Below, piece after piece: positions 44,842 to 57,469 of a DNA stretch of 64,000 bases. The position numbers and the translations under genes were made by a program. The DNA lies in NCBI GenBank assembly GCA_001179505.1, contig CDMY01000592.1, positions 1 to 64,000 of the forward strand, given 5' to 3'. Below the pieces are notes generated by a model. The model searched no databases, was not told the origin of the DNA, and saw only the letters and a list, made by a program, of their open reading frames with translations. Numbering within the stretch: the stretch's first letter is position 1; each line of letters begins with the position of its first letter. The DNA is from Vitrella brassicaformis CCMP3155 (lineage: Eukaryota; Protista; Chromerida).

Positions 44842-46549
44842 CTAGGGCAAGACTGCGCAGCCGACTGAAAGACGTGAAACTACACCTCTCTTTTGCAAAA
44901 TGCCAACAAGCATCTGACTGACTGACTGCCAGGCATACATCTGCACACACATCCGCACAGGGCCGACCCACATTCTCCCACGGTGACCGATCGTTTGGGT
45001 CCCTCCGTCTGTGTCCGATTGACCGGAAGGAAAATGGATAGCCAGCCCCTTATCAGCAGGCAACACCACAACTCCCCTGTACACATAGGTGCCCAACAGC
45101 GTGCCGTCCGTCATACGACCGATGGCTCTCCCTGACAATTGTCAGACATACGAACAAGAAGACACGAGATATTTTCCTGGCTTCACTGTCGCTTTCGGCT
45201 CGCTCTTCATTGCTCACCTCGTGAGCATTCCTTGCAGCCGTCCGGACCTTTCGCCGCACATAGATGCTCCATGCAAACGGCCCGACTCGAGAGAGAATCG
45301 TCACAAGAGTGAAGAAGGCAGACACAACGAACAGCATCGCATTGCTGGCCTCCGTCGCCCACAGGATCGTCAGCACCAAAATGGGCACTTCCAGCAGGGC
45401 TAGGGCCGCAATCCAGATGTGCTGGCAAAGGGAGGGAGGGCCGCGGATGCCGTAGTGGATGAACAGCGATACGAAGTCAGCCAGCGATAAACCCAGGATG
45501 ACGCTGCCGACAACTATATGGCCCTGCTCTTCTCGTAGGCCTTGCGACCCGAAGAGCATTTCCACTCCCACCGCTGCATCAGTGACGAAGTCCACGGCCA
45601 TCCCCACGACGGCCAGAAGTTTGTACAGGCGAACAAAGGTGAGGAAGTCCATCCGTTTGAGCCACCGCTTGACCACCAAGCGGTACAGAAAGGGCTCTGT
45701 CTGCCGGGCCTTGGCTATGCGCTCGGCCGTCGGTGAGGGTCTCCACCCTGCCCGGCGGCCGCAGCATGAGAGCCGCTTGTGATCGACGTCGATTTCCTTT
45801 TCACCCGTCGGTGTGGTCGATGCACTGATAACGCGCGGCTCCGAGATGGCAATTAGCAAAGTGAACTGCAGAAGGGCCGCACCAGCCACCCACGCCAGTG
45901 CGCCGAAGCGGCCGGGGCCAAAGGAATCGGGTAGCACTGATATGTAAACCGAACTGAACATGAACCCGGAGAGGACAATGAGGACAATCAAGAAATAGAT
46001 GACGCATCGGATGCCCCACCAAAGAGGCGGTGCGCACAGACTTCCCAATCCAATCAAGAGCATCAGGGACAGCGCTGCGAAACTCACAATCGCCAGCGAC
46101 CAGTCAGGCAAACTGGGAATCCCCAACGCCGGGTACCCAAGGATAACAAGAAGGTAGACAATACCGCCCGACCAGTAGACTGCATAGATCAGGAGGAGGC
46201 CGATGATGAGAAGGAAATGCCTCACAGGGTAGTCCGTCAGCCACAAGGTCACACAGCCAATCCGCAGCACCAGAAAGCCCCACAGATCACCCTCAGGCGA
46301 AGCATCCCCGTCGCCAGGTGGAGCCCGGCCGTCCACTGGGGTGGAGTTCGGTGTTGAGACCGCGGTGGACACGCCTGATAGCCGAGCACCGCCCTCGTCA
46401 TCTCCTTGAGCCTCCGATTGATGCTCCGATGACTCCGCTGGCCTTTTGTAATTCGTCGTGACGTCCACTTCAGAAGCTGATTGTCTGAGGACGTCTGGAG
46501 GATCAGCCGAGGCTGGAGCAGCGACGCTGGCGAACGTGGGCGGTCTCAT
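44842..46549 (-). CDS. Hypothetical polytopic membrane protein (about 8-9 hydrophobic segments)
   Basis: ~1.4 kb uninterrupted exon with alternating hydrophobic helices and a basic loop; 3' end uncertain. Confidence 0.7.
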
Positions 46550-46628
46550 GCGCAATTTGGGTCGGCGATCCAAATGCGGCGATCTGCAAGCTTAGCTTCA
46601 GTGGGGTTCATTAGTTTCCGTTTGATTC

Positions 46629-47460
46629 ATGCTGTCATTGCCCAGCACAGAAGAGAGCGGGCGGCCGCGAGCTGCCCAGCGTCCTTACTACACGCTGGAG
46701 GACGGCCTCTCCCCCGACAGGGGGCCCCGGAAGGTGGTTGATCCTTTCACTCGCAAGGTCTACAACCGCGGAGAAGAGCCTTATTGCGGGCTACACACTA
46801 TTGAGGAGCAAGTCAAGAAAATGAGAGAAAACCGGCAGCGAAGGGAGCTAGGTACGTGCGAGGCCGAGCGAGGCCGCTCCACGCATTGTGTATTTGTTTG
46901 GTCTGTGCGTGTCTGTGTATTTCTCAATCCACAGAGAAAAGACTTTCTACCGATCCAGAGTTTGCTGAAGACTATCGGCTGGGAGAACTTTTCAAAAGTG
47001 GGGCAAGCATGAGCGATGCATGTATACTTATCATGTTGTTGTGTGTTCTGCAGAACGGTTTCGCAGCCCGGAGGGCCGCCAAAAAATCGAGGAGCTAGCG
47101 TCAGATTGTTCTGGAGGTGTGCAGGAACCCACAAGAGACTCTTCATATGAGGCCGATTTCTTACGTGTGAACTGCAGAGGCGGAGGTAACGAATCGCCCG
47201 TCAGACTTGTACCGACGACCTTCGCCGCTCATGACCCCACCCCTTCGCCCGTCCCCCATGCCCATGTCACCGCTGCTACACGCCTGCACTCCGGTCGACA
47301 GCCCCTCGGCTTCAGAGGCTTCCACACCCCGCCTACTTGGACACCCTCGCGCATCAGTGACGTGCTGTTTGCCGCCGCCAGCCAACAGCGTGAAGCCTCA
47401 CATAAAGGCTCCTCAGCAAGTGACAGAGATAGCGAGCACTCCTTTGCTGCCATCTCCTAG
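46629..47460 (+). CDS. Hypothetical protein
   Basis: Three plausible GT-AG exons (PYYTLEDGLSPDRGPRKVVDPFTRK..., RKDFLPIQSLLK, ERFRSPEGRQKIEELA...); no recognisable domain. Confidence 0.4.
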
Positions 47461-47899
47461 CCATCGCCCATCGATGTGCCAGCGGATCTGGGAATTTATC
47501 TGGTCATGTCGTGAAGGAGTGTGCCGCGGCTGCCGGACAGTGTGGGCGTGGATTTGCTCGTGCTGGCGCTCGTGGATGGGAGGAGAGAGCCGGTGTGAGG
47601 AAGTAAAGGGTCAGTGATGAGTGATGAGAGGGACTTTTTGCTGAAGGGCTCTTTTTGGTGCCCCTGTGAGGCCGACATCACGTCTCGTGTGTGACATTCT
47701 TGTCTCTCTGATGGTCCAGTGCACGTGCATGCGGAGACGGCTACCTCCTTGTTTGTTGTTTCTTTGCTGGGGCTTTCCTGCTGTTATCGTCTACTTCTAT
47801 GCTTGTCTCTTCCTTTCTTGCTCACTTGCTTTCTCTCTCTCTCTCTCTTGCTTCCTTTCTTTCTTTCTTTCTTTCTTTCTCTCATTCTCCCATAGCCTG

Positions 47900-50800
47900 C
47901 TGTCTTTTTTCTCTTGCCTTGTCACGGTGAGTGCAGAGTAAGACCACATGTCCGCTTTTGCAGTGTTTTTTTTCGTGCGGCTTACTTCTGGCCAGGAGCA
48001 CGCCAACCTCGTCCTTGTTCAAGTATTCTTTACTTTCATCTCGTAAACATTCATAGCAGGCCTCTGACGCATCGTCCTGGTGTGTCTGTGTCCTCGCATG
48101 TGTCTCCAGGGGACGCGCTAACCGACAGCACCAATGACTCAACGGACAGCGGTGTGCTGGCGATGATCTTCATTCAATTTGTGTATGCGTTTTTGTCTCT
48201 GTGTGTGCCTCTGTGTATGTCAGGGATGACACGTCGTTGCCGGAGAGACCAGAATGGGGTAGGCTCTGATCACAGTGATTGCGCAACAGCTGCTGAATCG
48301 CAGAGAAGCTTTTGTTTGCTTCGTTGTCCTGTTGCAGATTGATCAAAGCGAGTGGTCGTTGGTATGCCTGCTTGGGCAGGATGGCCTGGACGGCGTATTG
48401 TTCGTTCATCTTGGCGCGCTGAGCCTCGAGGGACTTCACCTGCTGGAACTTGCCGATCATGTAGCCAAGGTTGAGCTCGAGATCCGACGCATCGCCCTTC
48501 AAATGATCGGTTCATTGTGTGGATTCTCTGTCATTTTACCCTTCAGGCACTCATTGGCAACGCATTGGAGTCCGATGGAGAGACATCGAACACAGGCAGC
48601 CCTTCACCGAGGTCTCTTCTCAGCAGATCCATGTCACGGCGATTGAGGTGCCAGTCGCTTGTATCCATCCTCGGGTGGAACAGGTATCTGCACATCAGAC
48701 TGCACAGGACATGTGATGGTTTGTTTCTCCTGCAGGATGGCCATTGTGTGTTTGTGTGGATCGTCTGACGTGTGTCAATCCGATTCGTCCGTCGACGAAG
48801 AGGACCAGCAGCGTCGGGCTGATCTGAAGCCTCGACAGCACCAGCGGGTTGCCCTTGACTCAGCAGATCCGCGGCAGACTGGTGGGAGTCTGGAAGGCTT
48901 CCAAGAGTCTGCACACCGGTACTGAAACTCTTGCCGCACACATGACAGTCATGCAGTGTGTATGCTCCGCAGGTGGTTCGACATGGGGAGCATTACAGTG
49001 GCAACAAGTCACCTCAGCCCGCCGTTGGCATCGGTACGGCCAGCACCGAAACCTCTCGAGAATGTGAAGCCGAGAAAGGAGGAACCAGACCGGTCAGGAC
49101 ACCACTTTGAGAGATAGGAACGGCACTTGCTGACTGCGTTCACGATGCCTGTCATTGATTGTCCATTCTCTTCGACATTTCCACAGGATAGGTGTGGTCT
49201 TGTTTGACCGTGTGCGGTCGGCTGTCAGGGGCCGTCTGCGGGATTCGACACCACCGCCGCGACTCATCATCCAGCGACGATACCATCCTTCCCCGCTACG
49301 TCGCCTCGCTGTCCCATTCGTCAGGCCTCCAACACAGTAGGACAGAGCAGCTGGAAGGCTCTCTCTGCATGTCTGCTCCGACGTACCGCCCATCCATGCC
49401 CAGTTCCTCTAGATCTATCGTCTGGCTTTTTTTGCGTCTTCTGCAAATGTGCTATGCCTCTGTAGGTCTGCACGATCCTTTTTCATCGGTTTTCTTGGCG
49501 AGTTGTGCTACAGCGGCTTACAGATGACTGCCAATTTTTCGCTTCCGAATGCATGATGGCAGAGTTTTCATTGTGTCTTTTCATTGTGTCTGCGTACAAA
49601 GATGGACATGATGTGAGACACACAACGGACTCAATGCTTTTCTGTCAATGACAATGGTGCACGACATCGTCCAACCACAGGCACAATCTATCAATCAGCT
49701 GCCCGCGTTTTTGATACACAGACAAAAAAGACCATCACATCTGAAAATACGTGATGCATTTAGTACATCCGCACTCACCATCGCGAAGCGCAGCGAGGCG
49801 TGGGAGGGGCTCGAGAAGCGCAGCAGGCAGCTGCGAAGGAGCCTGGGGAAGGGGAAGGCAAAGCAGGCCAACTTCATCCTGCACTGCAGAGAGAAACAGA
49901 GTTCATCAGAAATGAACGCAAGCATCCATCAAAGTCTCTTGCTGGGTAGAGACGTAATTTTCTGTCTCACTCACATTCTTCAGCCCTCTCTTCGAGCTGA
50001 GCTCTCAACAACGGACAAATGATAGCAGGTATCTCTCTGCAGCAGACACCAGCTGATGACCCCTGGGTCAGTTTGGTATTCCTTCTGGGCCACATTACTG
50101 TCTGGCGATGGCTACGAATAGTCGAGCACGATGGTGGTCGTTGAACTCGATGTTGTGGGTTGCCAGGCACAGCCACATGAGAGGAAGAATCCAGTCATTC
50201 TGAAAGCACATATCGTCATGCTTATCATCGGCTGCAGCTCTGTCTCTTTTCTCACTGTACATCCTTTCCTCTCCTCTCCTCTCTCTCTCTCCGTCTGTGT
50301 GTGTGTGTGTGTGTGCGTGTGTGTGTGTACTTCTATGCGTTGGTGCCGGCTCCTGATGAGGTAGGTCATTTCCTCTTGTAGAGCCTTGTGGGCGTGGGCG
50401 TGTTCCTCTGCATCTTCGTCTGCACCTTCGTCTGCTTGGCTGCTCAAATTGGCCACCACTGCTCAAGCAGATAAGGCGTCCACATATGTGCTTGCATGTT
50501 GTGCAGCGGCTGTATGGCTATCTTACCCAGCAGTATGGCTGCCACGGCCCACCGGGTGATGTCCTCCTTCGAATCACGGAGCTCATGCTCGCCCTGACAC
50601 ACACACACACATACACACACACATGCACAGATACATACATACATGGATACACGAGGCACATACACACAGACTGACAGAAACATGGTCTGTCAAGTTTTGC
50701 CTACGGTTCGTAGGAATCGAACAACAGTGGCCATGCCCATGAGGGTCCATTGGCCGCGATGACAGACCTCTTGCACCCACGCCAGCTCGGCATCCAGCGG

Positions 50801-52650
50801 TCTGCACACACAAATGACAGAAAAGCGTGATAGTCTGGTTCGTCTGTCACTCAATGGCCTTACGACGGCTGGTCTCCAAGCCGATTTAGCATGGTTGCCT
50901 CCCAATGACCTGTCCCGGTCTGACGCAGCCAGGAGAAACAGTGAGAAAAGAGAGCGACACTCCACGCTCAATGGCTGACCAGATCTAAGTAGGCCTGTCG
51001 CGTGACCTTGTCGACATCCCCCATCAGCACAGACGCGATGTAGGCGAGTGGTGCATGCTGGGCCTCATCTGTGCACGAGAAAGATCCTGCAACCAGCACG
51101 AATGGTGTGATGCACCACTTGTTCTTTCTCTCTTGCCTCGCCCGACAATCGCCCGCACGTCATGGAAGCGCCGCGCAGCAAGAAATGGCCACACCAAGTG
51201 GTGCGCCCTCCACCTCCTGAGCCCCGGCAGCAGATCGCCCTCAGCTGTGCTGGCTCCCGCCCACATCAGCTCACCCAACGGCACCGAACTAAAGGAACGA
51301 AAAGAGGCATTAGCAGTGCTTCCATGTACTCGTCCAAGTTGTGCATACTTGTGCACATCAGATGTCATGATATCGACGGCCAGCTGATAGTTGTCTTCGC
51401 GCAGACTGCAGAACACAGAGGGGAGAATAAGCCCGCGTCAGTGTCATGACAATCAGGATTTCCTCCACTGACGCGGTGCTGAGGCGAAAGCAGTCTCTGA
51501 TCACCGGTGGGAGTCTCTTCTGCAGCAACCCCACATGCGCAGCATACAATGTCATCTGACTAATTACGAGTGCATTCAACCGACCAGCAGGTCCTCATCT
51601 TTGCACAAGCTGTCCCTCATCTTTTCCCATTGGCCGTTGTTCTCCACGCTGGTCAAGTGAGTGAAAGGCGACCCGTAGAATTCCCTCAGCATCAATGAAT
51701 GGAATGGCTCACCTGTGAGTAGACCGAGATGTTTGCCTTGTTGGTGGATGGAACCGCAACGTCACCAAATATAAAACGTAGGCAGCAATTCCGCCTGAAG
51801 AGGTACACAGACAGAGCCCCGTGCCTTCCTCTCCTCTCCTCTCCGTCTGTGTGCGTGTGTGTGTGTACTTCTATGCGTTTGTGCCGGCTCCTGATGAGAT
51901 AGGTTATTTCCTCTTGTACAGCCTTGTGGGCGTGAGCATGTTGGTCTGCATCTTCGTCTGCTTTCCCGCTGAAGAAATTCTCGCGCTTACCACCACTGCT
52001 CGAGCAGATAAGGCATCCACACATGTGCTTGCATGTTGCTTACCTAGCAGAATGTCCTCCTCTGAATCATGGAGCTCATGCTCGACCTGACGCACACACA
52101 CACACACACACGAACATGCACAGATACACACATACATGGATACACGAGGGCCATGCACACAGACTGACAGACACATGGTCAGTCCACTTTTGCCTACGGT
52201 TTGTAGAAATCCAACAACAGTGTCCATGCCCATAAGGCTCCTTTTGCTGCGATGACAGACCTCCTGCACCCACGCCAAACTCGGCATCCAGCGATCTGCA
52301 CACACAAATGACAAAAAGCGCGATAGTCTGCTTCGTCTGTCACTCAATGGCCTTACGAGAACTGGTCTCCAAGCCAATTTGGCATGGCTGCCTCCCAACG
52401 ACCGGTCCCGGTCTGACGCAGGCAGGAGAAATAGTGAGAAAAGACAGCGACACCCTACGCTCAATGGCTGACCAGATCTAAGTAGGCCTGTCGCGTGGCG
52501 TTGTCGACATCCCCCATCAGCACAGACGCGATGTAGGCGAGTGGTGCATGCTGGGCCTCATCTGTGCACGAGAAAGATCCTGCAACCAGCACGAATGGTG
52601 TGATGCACCACTTGTTCTTTCTCTCTTGCCTCGCCCGACAATCGCCCGCA
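47900..52650 (-). pseudogene. Decayed multi-exon gene(s) of unknown family
   Basis: Exon-like blocks ([57 protein letters not shown]) with splice signals but many stops and frameshifts. Confidence 0.4.
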
Positions 52651-52654
52651 CGTC
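50265..52654. repeat. Direct duplication: 50265-51161 and 51825-52654
   Basis: Both copies give [36 protein letters not shown] and HAHAHKA..EE.TYLIRSRH in the ORF track; colinear DNA similarity. Confidence 0.9.
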
Positions 52655-52659
52655 CCGGT

Positions 52660-53315
52660 GCATATCCAAGCTTTACCCTGCCGAATACGACGCACTTGCC
52701 GTCGAGATATGGGTATGCTCTGTTTGTGATGAAGAATTGGCTGTTGTTCCTGTTTGGCCCTGCGTGTCACACCCACATACTTCCGATGAGGTTTGTATGT
52801 CGCTCTTTCGTACCTGTGTTTGACATGGAGAGTAGATACCTCCTGTCGTGTGGGATACGAAAATTCTCGTCGGGGAAGAATGGGCCATAGATGGAGTCGC
52901 CGTTGTCCGGGTCCATCGTATTGTAGACGATGTCGCCGCCTGACAACAAAGATATCCTTTCACATTCAGACCGTTCCTCGTTGTGTACTTGCAAACACGT
53001 CTCGATTAATACGCCAAACGCATCCCCTATAACCGAAGCAAACGTCACTTGGGAGACAACTTTGGTTGGCCCTGTTGGCCTTTTATTACCGGTAATTCAG
53101 TGGTCTCCCCGACGAGCCAATCCCTCTCTCTGCTGTGCATAATGCCCGAAAGTTCTCGGCCGTCAGTGGTGTGATGTTGGCAAACAACTGAAGCAGACCG
53201 TGGAGCAAAGGACGAGAGACGACGGGAGCGTATCAGTTGTCGCCATCTTCAGCCGGCCCGCCATATCTTGGCCGATGGTGATGTCCATGAAGACGGTGGG
53301 GTTTGTCGGAGACAT
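52660..53315 (-). pseudogene. Degenerate cyclophilin gene, copy B (plus a third exon fragment at ~53590-53800)
   Basis: [83 protein letters not shown]; first donor site is not GT; fragment FFANVTPLAAES. Confidence 0.8.
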
Positions 53316-54899
53316 ACAGGGCAAACACGTGTAGTGGCTCGTCCAAGCCATACTCTCACTACCTGGCGCTTGTCTTGTGGGACAAACTCGCTGACCGAGT
53401 TTTCATGATGAGCTTCGGAACAGCAGCCCCGATAACAGGTTCCCCATCGTCTCTGTGTTCCGGAAGAGAGGCACACAAAGACTGAAACAGAGGCACACCA
53501 AGACTGGGCTTCTTACCGACGAACAGAGGCTGCAGAGAGAGAGCTTGGTGGGAGTTGACAGAGAGAGACGGACCGTCTGGGGGCAGAGAGGATTCGGCCG
53601 CGAGTGGCGTGACGTTGGCAAAGAACTGAAGCCGACCGTTGTCATGACCTGCAGTGTGCGGCGCCCGTCTGTTGGCACAAAGCATTCCCACACGAGGCCC
53701 CAAGAAAAGGCAAAGAGCATGATTGATGGATGGATGGGCTCTCATGCGATGTAATCGTGCTGTCTGCAAGAGTGCAGCGCTCACCCGTCGCTCTTCGCTC
53801 ATTGGTGTCCACTCATTGGTATCTCTCTGTATACGCACTCGAAGAAAGAGACATCGAGCTCGTCTGAGGGCCGTCGTCCGTGACAACAGCTCAGCCTTGA
53901 TCTCCTGCTCGGTCTTGACATACCCAACACAGTCCCCTGAGACGGATGGCCACCAGAGACACAGAGGCGCGTGTGTGAGTACACGAAGATTCACTCACCT
54001 GACATACGCACACACGTCGGGTGATGGACGAGAAGAACCAACAAATATAAAGTGGAGGCAGCAATGCCCAATGCCCATCTTCCATCGAGCGATCAATTTC
54101 ATCCCGCTCATCCCGAGTTTCTTGCTGACAGACAGACACACGGACAGACAAACAGAGACACCGACAGACACAGAGATGATCTGTGAATGGATTCTTGTCT
54201 GATGTGTTCCGTACCTGCTGCTCGCGAGTAAAGGGCGGTTGCGCAATTGGGGATGACGAAGAAACTGGTATCTGGCGCTTTGCCTCCCTTGGTGATAAAG
54301 TCGTCAAGTGCCCGGAACAGGTGCTCGTCAAGGGCCGCGTACTTCGCATCTGACCGCCCCAGCGGCTCCAGGTGGACAATGCTGGAGATGGGAAGACTTT
54401 CCTTGCCAATAAGGCTCTCCAGCTGCTCATCAGAGGGTGCGATGATCAGTATGGTGAGAGGCAATCCCGTCAGCCACTTCGTCGCTTTCGTTCCGTCTTG
54501 GTGGCTGACGGGCGCAGAGAGATGGAACCCACCGTCACCAAATATAAAACGTAGGCAGCAATTCCCCCTGAAGAGGTACACAGACAGAGCCCCGCGCGTC
54601 ACGGACTCCGTCGCCGACACTGTCACTGCCTTCGCAATCTCTGTCACCGTCCCTTACCGCCGTGAAGAAGCCAAACCGATGAGATTGTGCTGTGTCGGCA
54701 TTGCTCCTGGAGGGGTCGGGCAATGCCGACAGAGAATGCAGACACAATGAGAGAGGGAGGCCTTCCGACGACCAGTCAATCTTGCAAACCTTGTGGATGG
54801 CGTACGTGGCCGGCGACATTTGAAGAGCTTGTCGAATATAAAATGTAGGCAGCCATTGGTGAAAGAGACGCCTGAAGGGCACACAAACACGAGGCACAC

Positions 54900-55200
54900 G
54901 TGCGCACGGGCATGCAGACGACGGCCGCCAACATACCTGAAGCAACCACACCACACGCACACAATCAGACACCCACCCCTCTCACCACTGGTGCCATCGG
55001 TGGGTTACCTGTTGGGGTATTTCGTTGTGCGATTTCTCTGGTGAGTCCTCTCGAAGTGGTTGAGGATCAAGTCCTTGGCGGACGACGACACCGACGCACC
55101 AGTGCAGTCGGAGCAATACCTACTCCTCCAGCTGCCGTTGTAGTTGTCATAAAGGATGCCACTGTCCACTGGCGGGTCGTCCTGTAGTCGGTGCTGCATT
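54900..55200 (-). pseudogene. Family X copy C: internal fragment (end of exon 2, intron, start of exon 3)
   Basis: QHRLQDDPPV...ASVSSSAKDLILNHFERTHQ...NR/YVGGRRLHA, truncated on both sides. Confidence 0.8.
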
Positions 55201-55244
55201 CTCACACATACACTACACACAACACTTAAACCGCACGTCGTCAT

Positions 55245-57325
55245 TCACCAGTCAGCCTCGTCGTCACCTGATCACACACATACACACACGCACACACAGA
55301 GAGAGAGAAACAGTCACGCTCTCATGTCTGTCCGTCCGCCTGTCCATCTGTCCGTGAGCATGTGTGTGGTACATACCCCGGTTGTAGAGGTGGCGCCAGA
55401 AGATTGGGTGCTGTCTGAGCAGCGCCTGCTGCTGCTGCATCCAATTCAGCGCCTGCTGCTGCATCTCGGCCTGCTGCTGCATCATCTGCCGTATCTGCTG
55501 CCGGTGCTGCTGCTGCTGTGCGGCCCGGGCCTCGTGCTGCTGCAGCCAATACTCTACCATGGCTGACGTGAGGTAATGGGTGAGAGGGCGAGGGGGGAGG
55601 GAGGGGCGCACACACAGAGAGAGAGACATACACACACACATGGACAGGTGGAGAGATGGCTGTGTTGCGGGGGATGTGTGTGTATGTGTGTGTGTGTATG
55701 TGTGTGTGTGTGTGCGAACCTTTGACGTCGGCAGCCTGTGGCTGCTGCTGTGGCTGTGGCTGTGGCTGTGGGTGTGGGTGTGGGTGTAGCTGTGGCGGCG
55801 GCTGCTGCTGTGGCTGTGGGTGTGGCTGTTGCGGCGGCTGCTGCTGCCCCCTTCCCCCCGCACCCACGGCACACAGCACCGTCTCGGGCAGCGGCAAGAT
55901 AGGGACTCTTCGCGGCTTTGTCGGCAGGGGGTCGGGGGGCTCGTTGGGGCCAAGAGGTCGGGCCTCGAGGTCGCCGTTGCCACCGGTTTCCTCCGCCTCT
56001 TCCTGCATTTGTGGAATACACCAGAGATGAATCAATGTCTCTCGGTGTCTGTCTGTGAGTGGAGGTGGAAGGGATTCTTACATCCTCTCTCTCTTCATCG
56101 ACACGCTCTTCCCTCCGCTGCTGCTGCTGCTGCTGAAGATTGGCGTCCGTCGACCACTTCTTCCCCTCCTCTGTCACACTCGGCCGGGGTGGCGCCGGCG
56201 AGAGGGCCCCCGCCGCAGCACTCTCGCCCTCCCCGACCCCTGCCTGCGATGCCTCCTTCTTGGGTACTGCAGCAGCGAGAGTATTCCACGTCACTTCTGT
56301 CTCCATGTGAACAATTGTTGCTTCAATGTGTGTGCAGCATCCTACCCGTCCTAGGTGTTTGGCCGTATTCTTGAAAGTTCCAAGCAGCCAAGCCCTTGTC
56401 CTGGGCAGCGTCCCGGCCGTGGCGTGTGATGGCGGTGGTGGTGGGTATGGTGGTGCCACCTGCTCTCGTTCGGGCGGCGGGTGCCTCTGCACCTAAGGGA
56501 GATAAGACAGGCATACACTAATTCACGTGGGTATCTATCTATTCATCGTACCAGTCCCAACTTGGCTGTTGTGTTGGGAAATTGTTGAGGATGTACTGGT
56601 AGGTGCGCGGCCACAGCGTGTCCTGCTGCGTCAGTTCCCGAAAGACATCAGCGGCCGCCGGTGTGATGGCCGTTTCCTGGGCGTGTGCCGTCCACAGTTG
56701 CAAGGTCATTCTTGCTTCTGCTGTGTCCCTCCCTCCCTCCGTCCCTCCCTCCGTCCCTCCCTCCCTCCCTGTCTCCATGCCTGACTCACCTTGACGGTTG
56801 AAGCACGTCCATGGCGGCATCTGCTGCAGCTCCCGCTTGCTGTTGGTCTCCATCGGCCGCCTGTGGCGCAGGGGGTGCTGGTGCTGGCGCCTGTGATGAG
56901 AGGGACGGAACGGCACAGGAGTGTTGCTTCAATGTGTGTGCAGCATCCTACCAATTTTAGATGTTTTACCGTATTTGGGAAAGTTGAGAGCAGAAGTGTT
57001 CTAGTCCTGGGCAGCGGTCCGCTTGATTTTGAAGGTGGTGGTGGCGGGTAGGGCGCCGCCTGCTCTGGTTTGGGGGGCGGCTCCCTCTGCACATAGGGGA
57101 GATAAGACAGGCATACACCAATTCACGTGGGTATCTATCTATTCATCGTACCAGGCCCAACGTAGCCGTTGTCTTCGGGAACTTGTCCAGGAGCCACCGG
57201 TGGGTGCGCGGGAATGCCGCAATGCAGTTTTCCAGCCATCGGGCATTCTTGCCTTTGCCACCACCGCTGCCGTCGTTCTTGTCTTCTTCATTGTCGGGGC
57301 TTGCCGAGTCGTCGCGGTGTGACAT
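55245..57325 (-). pseudogene. PRT-module, polyQ/Pro-rich gene with an internal duplication and an apparent frameshift
   Basis: Exons ...AFPRTHRWLLDKFPKTTATLGL, ...LPRTRTLLLSTFPNT, ...LWPRTYQYILNNFP, ...LPRTRAWLLGTFKNT; one base missing near 56575 relative to the first module. Confidence 0.6.
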
Positions 57326-57469
57326 CCAGGCACTACATCCAGGATACTGATCGAGCTCTCAGATACAAGCTCTCCTCCTGCACACAGGAAAGGACAAAGC
57401 GACGAGTGCTCTGACTTTGGGTACCTATTTGTCACTGCATCGACTGGCTCGACGGATGTCAGGTCGACG

